64,000 nucleotides of DNA. Origin: Polyangiaceae bacterium (GTDB lineage: Bacteria > Myxococcota_A > Polyangia > Polyangiales > Polyangiaceae). The translations under genes and the position numbers were made by a program. The notes under the pieces were generated by a model. It worked only from the letters and a program-made list of their open reading frames with translations, searched no databases and had not been told where the DNA came from. Location of the stretch: assembly GCA_044376115.1 (NCBI GenBank), contig JBILLK010000039.1, forward strand, positions 24,080-88,079, written 5' to 3'. This document shows positions 58,020-64,000 of the stretch, piece after piece; within the stretch, counting starts at the first letter, position 1; every line of letters starts with the position of its first letter.

Positions 58020-58196
58020 GTGGCGCCGAGTCACCACGACGCCGAGCTCGCAGACATCGAGTTTTGGCGCAAAGCCACCCCTGTGGAACGCCTCCAAGGA
58101 GTGACCGCGCTCGTCCTGGAGATGTGGGGTGACGATGAAGGAGCTACCGTCGGACTTCAGAGATCGATTGGTGGAGTTCGCTCGCTCAAAGGTTGA
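58020..58196 (+). CDS. Small antitoxin-like ORF of a nucleotidyltransferase module (possibly truncated)
   Basis: 58 aa, DIEFWRKATPVERL...LQRSIGGVR; overlaps the NTase remnant in the usual arrangement. Confidence 0.45.
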   Translation: MAPSHHDAELADIEFWRKATPVERLQGVTALVLEMWGDDEGATVGLQRSIGGVRSLKG

Positions 58197-58240
58197 GTGC
58201 TCAGCCTGCCCGACCTGATTACGAACAAGCGCGCAGCGGC
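58135..58240 (+). pseudogene. Internally deleted nucleotidyltransferase-like gene
   Basis: N-terminus MKELPSDFRDRLVEFARSKVE abuts C-terminal VLSLPDLITNKRAA in another frame; the catalytic core is absent. Confidence 0.45.
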
Positions 58241-58321
58241 TCCACCCATCAGTTCCTCATATGACCGTCATTCGGCTGCGCGATGTTCCTCGCGTGGCTT
58301 CGGGTCCGCATCATCGGCTGC

Positions 58322-59830
58322 ATGCGAAGCAGCGGTCTTTTACTTAGTGCGGTTCTTTTGGTGGCCTGTTCGTCGGAGAGCGATCCGCCGATCGAGGAGG
58401 ACCCTCCGGTCGAGGTAGCTGGCGAGGTGCGGGCGAAGGTTGGCCCGGACGGCGGGGAGCTCGTGGGCAAGGCGGGCAGTGAGCTCGAGGGGGTGAAGCT
58501 CGTGATTCCGCCGGAAGCGCTCGAGTCGGAGATGGAGGTTTGGCTGCGGCCCACCTTTGACGGCGATTCGTTGCCGGAGCTTTCGGAGCGGGTAGGGCTG
58601 CAGGTCGAGGTCGGCAGTGACGGCGAGCTCGCGCAGGCGGCGACGCTCACGTTGCCGTTCGACGCGGGCGAGGTCGCGCGCTTCGGTGAGGCCGGCGAGG
58701 ACGTGAAGGTTTGGATCAAAGGGGAGGGCGCTACGTGGTCGTTGGTCGAAGCCGACGGCACCTCGGACGGGGACGTGACGATCTCGCTCGAGAGCTTCAC
58801 CACAGCCGCCGCCGGCGTGAAGATCCTCGGCTCTGCACCGTTCTGCGGAGCAGCTTGCGACGCGCTCGCCCAAGCGCACTTCGACGTGGCCAACTGCGGC
58901 GCAACCAGCGCTTGTGTGACCGAGGTCGTTTCGCCCCGCTTGGTCGAGACCTTCGACTTCGCGCTCTCGCCCGCAGGCGAACTCGGCTTCCTTTCGCCCG
59001 ATGGGATCGGGGTGATTGCGGTGGTCCACGAAATTGCGAGCGCCCTTACTACGACCAGTCCGCTGCTCCCGCCCGGCACCTCGCTTCGAAACGGCACGCA
59101 CTTCGTCGGCGATACCTTCTTTGCCGGGCTGGGCAGCGCCGGCAACGTCGCCTTCAACGGGAGCGCCAAACCGAAGGCCTTCGACGTCGGAGCCGGCCTC
59201 GGCGTGATCACCACCAAGAGCGGCAAGACCCTGCGTCTCTCGCGCGATGCAGCGACCGGCAACCTCGCGGCGGTGAATCACCAGACCGGCAAGTCGATCA
59301 ACCTCCCAGCCTTGCCCATCCCCGGTATCAAGGGCAGCGTCACCCAGGTCGTGTCTCCGCGCGACGCCAACTCGATCATGGTGATCGCCGTCAATCACGT
59401 GATTGAACTCAAGCTCTCCGCCAGCGGCGATGAGCTGACCGAGACGGCCCGCATCGAACTCCCCGCTTCGATGCAGGTCGCCGGCTCCAAGTTTCTCAAG
59501 GCCTCCGACAAGATCATGGTCATCGCCGTGCTCGTGGGTGGCAAGGTCGCGGTCAGCGTCGACGCCGGCCCCTTCGAGCTACTCACCCTCGGCTTCTCCG
59601 CCTCATCGGTCGCGGTGGACGATCAGGGCCGCGTACTCGTCGGCGCCGCGAAGTCGCCCGAGCTCGTCCTCCACGAACAGTCCGGCCTACCCACTGGCAT
59701 CCGCCTCTCCGACGACGCCGCAACAGCGCCCGAGTTCACGTCCCTCATCCCGCGCGCCATCCAAGCCGGCGACGGAGGCTTCGTCGTCCTCACGCAAGAC
59801 CGCAACTTCCTCTCGGTCGAGCTGCAGTAG
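58322..59830 (+). CDS. Lipoprotein with ZU5-like N-domain and beta-rich C-domain
   Basis: LVAC lipobox; VGPDGGEL...GVKLVIPPEAL...ATLTLPF. Confidence 0.68.
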   Translation: MRSSGLLLSAVLLVACSSESDPPIEEDPPVEVAGEVRAKVGPDGGELVGKAGSELEGVKLVIPPEALESEMEVWLRPTFDGDSLPELSERVGLQVEVGSDGELAQAATLTLPFDAGEVARFGEAGEDVKVWIKGEGATWSLVEADGTSDGDVTISLESFTTAAAGVKILGSAPFCGAACDALAQAHFDVANCGATSACVTEVVSPRLVETFDFALSPAGELGFLSPDGIGVIAVVHEIASALTTTSPLLPPGTSLRNGTHFVGDTFFAGLGSAGNVAFNGSAKPKAFDVGAGLGVITTKSGKTLRLSRDAATGNLAAVNHQTGKSINLPALPIPGIKGSVTQVVSPRDANSIMVIAVNHVIELKLSASGDELTETARIELPASMQVAGSKFLKASDKIMVIAVLVGGKVAVSVDAGPFELLTLGFSASSVAVDDQGRVLVGAAKSPELVLHEQSGLPTGIRLSDDAATAPEFTSLIPRAIQAGDGGFVVLTQDRNFLSVELQ

Positions 59831-59866
59831 GCGAGGGACGGCGCGGGAGGTCGCGGCGTTGCGCGG

Positions 59867-59966
59867 GGATGGGCGGTCGAAGTGGACGTCTTGTTGAAAA
59901 ACGCCATCGATCGTCTGGGGATGGGCGCCCGAACTCAACAAAACGTCCAAATCGAAGGGCGATCCC
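59867..59966. repeat. ~100-bp palindromic dispersed element, copy 1 (REP/MITE-like)
   Basis: TGGACGTCTTGTTGA (59883-59897) / TCAACAAAACGTCCA (59935-59949) arms; second copy at 63731. Confidence 0.85.
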
Positions 59967-60298
59967 CTGCGACCCGAGCTCGAGCGGCCCGAGCGACCTC
60001 ACCGTCGAGGGACTCGAGCGCCTAGCGACCCGAGCGCCGCCAAGCGATCCCCCGGCGAGCCCACCGCCGTCGAGCGACCGCAGCCCAGCCTGTCCACCAA
60101 GTCGGTGTCACCTTCGTTGCGGCGTAAGCTGGGGTAGCTGCGTCAGCCCGCCCTGGTTACTTCGCTACACCGACCGCACTCGGCCGCAGCCGGACTGCTG
60201 CTCGGCTCGTTGCATCCCGGCTGCACCCGAAATCCCGCTGAATTCGATGACCCACCGCGTAGCCCGCCCTTCCGTTTCGCACAAAGCGCCTTCCAACG

Positions 60299-60816
60299 GC
60301 GAAGTAACGATGGGGAGCTAACGCAGCCCCGGCGGTTTGCGTCGCTCACTGCGAAGTAACGATGGGGAGCTAGCGCAGCCCCGGCGGTTTGCGTCGGTCC
60401 CAGCGAAGTAACGATGGGGAGCTAACGCAGCCCCGGCGGTTTGCGTCGCTCCCTGCGAAGTAGCGATGGGGAGCTAACGCAGCCCCGGCGGTTTGCGTCG
60501 CTCACTGCGAAGTAGCGATGGGGAGCTAACGCAGCCCCGGCGGTTTGCGTCGGTCCCAGCGAAGTAACGATGGGGAGCTAACGCAGCCCCTGCGGCTTGC
60601 GTCGCTCCCAGCGAAGTAACGATGGGGAGCTAACGCAGCCCCTGCGGCTTGCGTCGCTCCCAGCGAAGTAACGATGGGGAGCTAGCGCAGCCCCTGCGGT
60701 TTGCGTCGGTCCCAGCGAAGTAACGATGGGGAGCTAGCGCAGCCCCTGCGGTTTGCGTCGGTCCCAGCGAAGTAACGATGGGGAGCTAACGCAGCCCCGG
60801 CGGTTTGCGTCGCTCA
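60299..60816. repeat. Tandem array of ten 52-bp hairpin-forming units
   Basis: GCGAAGTAACGATGGGGAGCTAACGCAGCCCCGGCGGTTTGCGTCGCTCCCA-like units starting at 60299 and every 52 bp to 60767; no spacers. Confidence 0.95.
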
Positions 60817-60864
60817 ACGACTTGCGCGCCCGCCCCTCGTCCTGCGCGCCGCCGCACAACGCGC

Positions 60865-60899
60865 TTGACCCAAACAATAACTGACGTCATATTCCGTTT
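60865..60899 (+). promoter_or_regulatory. Sigma70-type promoter of the TetR gene with overlapping operator
   Basis: TTGACC-N17-CATATT. The reverse complement of 60877-60899 matches the downstream operator at 17/23 positions. Confidence 0.68.
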
Positions 60900-61541
60900 G
60901 TGCCCCGCTTACGCGATCCCGAAGCCCGTGCTGTGGAGCGGCGCGCTCAGATTTTGAGCGAGGCGGTCAAGGTGTTCGGCGAGAAGGGGTTCCACGGAGC
61001 CAACATCGCAGACATCGCGAAGCGCACCGGCCTGGGGCACGGTACGTTTTACCGCTACTTCAAGAACAAGCTCGACATCTTCGACGCCGTGATTGTGACC
61101 ATCACCAGCGCCATCGCGGCGATGGTCGTGGAGGAGGGGGCGAACGAGTCGAACACGCTCGACGAATACAGGGCCCAGCTGGATCGCATCGGGCGCAAGT
61201 TCTTGAGCATCTTCGAGGAGCACGAGGCGCTGGCGCGTCTGGTTTTTCACGAGGGATTGACGGTGGACCCAGCGCTCACGCGCAAGGTCCGCGACGCGAT
61301 GGAGCTGTTCGCGGAGCTGACCCGCGCCTACCTCGAGAACGGCAAGCGCAAAGGCTTTTTGCGCGACGATCTCGACACCGAGATCACAGCCCGGGCGATC
61401 AACGCGATCATTTTCGAGAGCATCGAGCAGGTCTCGAGCAGCAAGAGCCCAGCCGTGGTCGGCGAGCGATGGCGCAAGGCGGTGATCCGCCTGATGCTCG
61501 ATGGCATCCGCAGCGAGAGTTCGCTGCCGAAGAAGAAGTAG
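60900..61541 (+). CDS. TetR/AcrR family regulator (FadR/YsiA-like)
   Basis: ILSEAVKVFGEKGFHGANIADIAKRTGLGHGTFYRYFKNKLDIF. Confidence 0.93.
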   Translation: MPRLRDPEARAVERRAQILSEAVKVFGEKGFHGANIADIAKRTGLGHGTFYRYFKNKLDIFDAVIVTITSAIAAMVVEEGANESNTLDEYRAQLDRIGRKFLSIFEEHEALARLVFHEGLTVDPALTRKVRDAMELFAELTRAYLENGKRKGFLRDDLDTEITARAINAIIFESIEQVSSSKSPAVVGERWRKAVIRLMLDGIRSESSLPKKK

Positions 61542-61587
61542 TCAGGGCCGCCTCTGCGAGGGGTCCAATTGCGTGTACTAAAAAACG

Positions 61588-61603
61588 GAATGACATGTCA
61601 TTC
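61588..61603. promoter_or_regulatory. Perfect 16-bp palindromic operator GAATGACATGTCATTC
   Basis: Sits just upstream of the AAGGAGGAG RBS of the 61619 gene, immediately after the TetR gene. Confidence 0.78.
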
Positions 61604-61618
61604 ATGAAGGAGGAGACG

Positions 61619-62182
61619 ATGGTTGCGCAGGTGTTTGTGGGTGGGTTGGGGGCTCGTGAAGAGGTTGCGCCGCACAAGTTGGGGCTCGACGATCTGGCTC
61701 GGCGCTCCGAGGACGAACTGGAGTCGCTGTATCGCGCCGGTTCGGTCCCGGCGGATTTCTTCGAGCGGCAGGGCCGTCCCAAAGGGCGGATGTTGGCGGT
61801 GCGGCGTTTGGATCGCGGCGCGCCGTTCGACCTGTTGCGCAGCTTCGCCGGGAGCCTGCGCTTCCCGTGGGGCGGCAAGAGCTTCTTCCGCGTCGCGCAC
61901 GACCAAGGCCGAGGTATCAACCGCGTGCGGCTCGGTCCTGCGCGCTTCGAGTGGTATCCGTTCGATACGCGCGTGGAAACGAGCTTGGTGGATGGGCGAC
62001 CCACGGTACTGCTCGACTACGACAAACCCGAGAACCCGTTCTTCATCCGCCGTATCCGCGACGAGATCCGCGAGCTCGAGCCTGGGCTGTTCTTGGGTCC
62101 GGCGATGTGGAAGGACGACCGCGGAGGCGCGGCGCACGTGCTTTGGTTCGCGCTCGATTTTCGCGACCCGGAGCCGAGCTGA
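61619..62182 (+). CDS. Conserved hypothetical beta-barrel-like protein
   Basis: Strong RBS; WGGKSF, GINRV, LDYD.PENPF....IRDEIRE..PGLFLG. Confidence 0.72.
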   Translation: MVAQVFVGGLGAREEVAPHKLGLDDLARRSEDELESLYRAGSVPADFFERQGRPKGRMLAVRRLDRGAPFDLLRSFAGSLRFPWGGKSFFRVAHDQGRGINRVRLGPARFEWYPFDTRVETSLVDGRPTVLLDYDKPENPFFIRRIRDEIRELEPGLFLGPAMWKDDRGGAAHVLWFALDFRDPEPS

Positions 62183-62970
62183 TGCGCGACGTAGCGCTCG
62201 TGACCGGCGCCGGCAGCGGCATCGGGCTGGAGATCGTACGCGCCCTGTTTCGACGCGGCGTGCACGTGTTCGGCGTCGCGCTCGGACAACGTGAACTCGA
62301 CGACCTAGCGCGTGAGGCTCGCGAAAGCGGCGCTCAGCTGGACACGCTGGCTATCGACCTAACGCAGGACGGCGCTGTGGAGCAGGTGTTATCGCACGCA
62401 GCGGCGCGCGGCCTGCAGGTCAGAACGCTCGTCAACTGCGCCGGCATCGGCCTCTACGGCGAGCACCTGTCGCTCGATGACGCCGCGGTTGCGCGCATGG
62501 TCGCGCTCAACATCGGCGCGTTGACCGAGCTCTCCACCAAGCTCGCGCGCTCCATGGTCGCACGCGGTCAGGGCCAGATCCTGAATGTGGCCTCCACGGC
62601 TGCCTTCCAGCCGCTGCCCAGATTGTGCGCGTACTCCGCGACCAAACATTACGTCGCAGCCTTCACGCTCGGTCTGGCCGAGGAGCTACGCGGCACCGGC
62701 GTGAGCGTCTCGCTGCTTTGTCCTGGCACCACCAACACGCCCTTCATCCAGAGCGCCGGCATCGCGAAGGGCACCCGCACCAACCGGCTCGCGCAGCGCC
62801 TTTCTATGACGCCCGAAGACGTCGCCCAAGCAGCGATGACCGCGCTGGACGGACCGCGCGGCTTCGTCGTTGCGGGCCGCCTCAACCGCGCCCACTACGC
62901 GCTCTCACGCCTGCTGCCCCCGCGTGCGCTCACCCGAGCGTTCGAACGCGTGACCCGCGCGACCGGCTGA
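62182..62970 (+). CDS. SDR oxidoreductase (DltE/COG0300-like)
   Basis: TGAGSGIG, NCAG, NVASTAAFQP.P....YSATK, LCPG.T.T.F. TGATG coupling. Confidence 0.9.
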   Translation: MRDVALVTGAGSGIGLEIVRALFRRGVHVFGVALGQRELDDLAREARESGAQLDTLAIDLTQDGAVEQVLSHAAARGLQVRTLVNCAGIGLYGEHLSLDDAAVARMVALNIGALTELSTKLARSMVARGQGQILNVASTAAFQPLPRLCAYSATKHYVAAFTLGLAEELRGTGVSVSLLCPGTTNTPFIQSAGIAKGTRTNRLAQRLSMTPEDVAQAAMTALDGPRGFVVAGRLNRAHYALSRLLPPRALTRAFERVTRATG

Positions 62971-63017
62971 GCCCGCGCGCCGCCCGGGCCTGCGTGGCGC
63001 ACGGTGACGCGCGCAGC

Positions 63018-63596
63018 TCACCAATTCAGCCGAACCACGAGCGCTTCACTTTCGCGCGCGTGGCTCGCGCGCACATTGCGTTCCCCCGTCATTGAGATGA
63101 GGTAGCGAAAAATCTCCGCCACCGTGGCTCGAGCCTGCGGCGTCTCGACGTAGAGGTGATTCGCGAGGCTGAGCACAGCCGCGGTCTCCTCGAGGTGCAC
63201 GATCTCCAGCGTGCCGTGGCTGTGTTGCACCTCCCAGAGCGATGGCGACCGTTCGATCAAACGGCGGGCGTTGACCATGCGCAGGAGCACCGATTGGATG
63301 CGCCCAAAGCCGAGGCGCACCTGCGCGTGCAAGTGCTCGTTGTAGCGCTCGCGGTCCCGCCTCGCCGGCCCCTCCCAGATGGCGGTGCACCAATCCACCA
63401 CGAAGCTCACCGGAATGCGCGCCGGCAACGCCTGTCCGGGCGCCGTGACCCTTCGTGTCGGTTCCGGCAACAGCCCGAGCACGCTGCTGAGCGCAGCATC
63501 CCCGCCTAACTGCAGCACAGCGTCACGATACGCCGAGATGGTTGTGCTCTTGCAGTGCGGCGTCTCCCCCGGAGCGCCTCGCGTCGTCCCCATCAT
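63018..63596 (-). CDS. Myxobacterial hypothetical protein (DUF2378-like)
   Basis: L..LP...R, LW...HS.G.LE and C-terminal LVVRLNW pattern. Confidence 0.55.
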   Translation of the reverse strand: MMGTTRGAPGETPHCKSTTISAYRDAVLQLGGDAALSSVLGLLPEPTRRVTAPGQALPARIPVSFVVDWCTAIWEGPARRDRERYNEHLHAQVRLGFGRIQSVLLRMVNARRLIERSPSLWEVQHSHGTLEIVHLEETAAVLSLANHLYVETPQARATVAEIFRYLISMTGERNVRASHARESEALVVRLNW

Positions 63597-63730
63597 CCCT
63601 CCGTCACCAACATTCGCCGATCTCCGATCTCCATTCTCCGCCTCTCCATCCGCCCCGTAAACGTGCCCGGCGGCCAGCATCGCGGCCACGCGCGGGCCAG
63701 GCATCGCGCTCACGCTGCGGGCACGCCCGA

Positions 63731-63830
63731 GGATGGGCGGTCGAACTGGACGTTTTGTTGAAAAATACCGCCGATCGCCCTGGGATGTGCGGCCGAACTC
63801 AACAAAACGTCCAAATCGAAGCCCGATCCC
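63731..63830. repeat. ~100-bp palindromic dispersed element, copy 2
   Basis: Perfect 15-bp arms TGGACGTTTTGTTGA (63747-63761) / TCAACAAAACGTCCA (63799-63813). Confidence 0.85.
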
Positions 63831-64000
63831 CCCGTCCACCCCCCGGCCGCCGCCGCCCCCGCTCTCTCTCCCTCTCCCTCTGCTCTCCTTCTGCCCGTAA
63901 ACGTGCCCGTGCCCTGTACCGTTTCTTTTAGCTGAGGACGGGTTACACCTGCTCTCAGTGTGTCGTGGCGAATTCCCGAGGAGTGCCTAGCGTGCCCCGT

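Noticed and set aside
59869..60321. 150-aa ORF after the lipoprotein gene
   Set aside because: Runs through the palindromic element and low-complexity sequence, with no recognisable motifs.
60299..60816. CRISPR array
   Set aside because: Units are contiguous near-identical 52-mers with no unique spacers, and there are no cas genes in the window.
63650..63915. Duplicated CCCGTAAACGTGCCCG flanking the second palindrome, as a target-site duplication
   Set aside because: The copies are not flush with the element ends and are absent around copy 1; they are more likely a separate simple repeat.

Overview
GC-rich bacterial DNA, most likely a myxobacterium (Polyangiaceae-like). This is inferred from the many Gly/Cys-rich lipoproteins, a Ser/Thr kinase and an ECF sigma factor. 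The main feature is a compact ~19 kb biosynthetic cluster (112-19484). Its type II FAS/PKS core comprises two active ketosynthases each coupled to a catalytically dead CLF-like partner, an oversized ACP, and FabZ-, FabG- and FabL-like enzymes. With the core are THREE radical SAM paralogues carrying the motif set of the tetraether lipid synthase (Tes/GDGT-MAS, MJ0619, COG1964) family. The cluster also encodes three related SDRs (one lacking YxxxK), a class III aminotransferase, a membrane di-iron desaturase/hydroxylase, a possible TMEM164/YwaF-like membrane enzyme and an ABC exporter. My inference is a pathway to an unusual, possibly C-C cross-linked or cyclised, amino lipid; I do not recognise it as a described cluster. 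The rest of the window contains: a lipoprotein-dense tract including a 4xDUF1508-NuiA gene paired with a ComEA-HhH/P-domain gene; a second lipid-type operon (cytochrome c, Mpo1-ALO fusion, COG2907 flavoprotein, MMPL); several decayed gene remnants; a 10x52-bp hairpin tandem array; a duplicated 100-bp palindromic element; and a TetR mini-regulon with a FadR-like operator. All family calls come from reading motifs by eye. No database searches were run.
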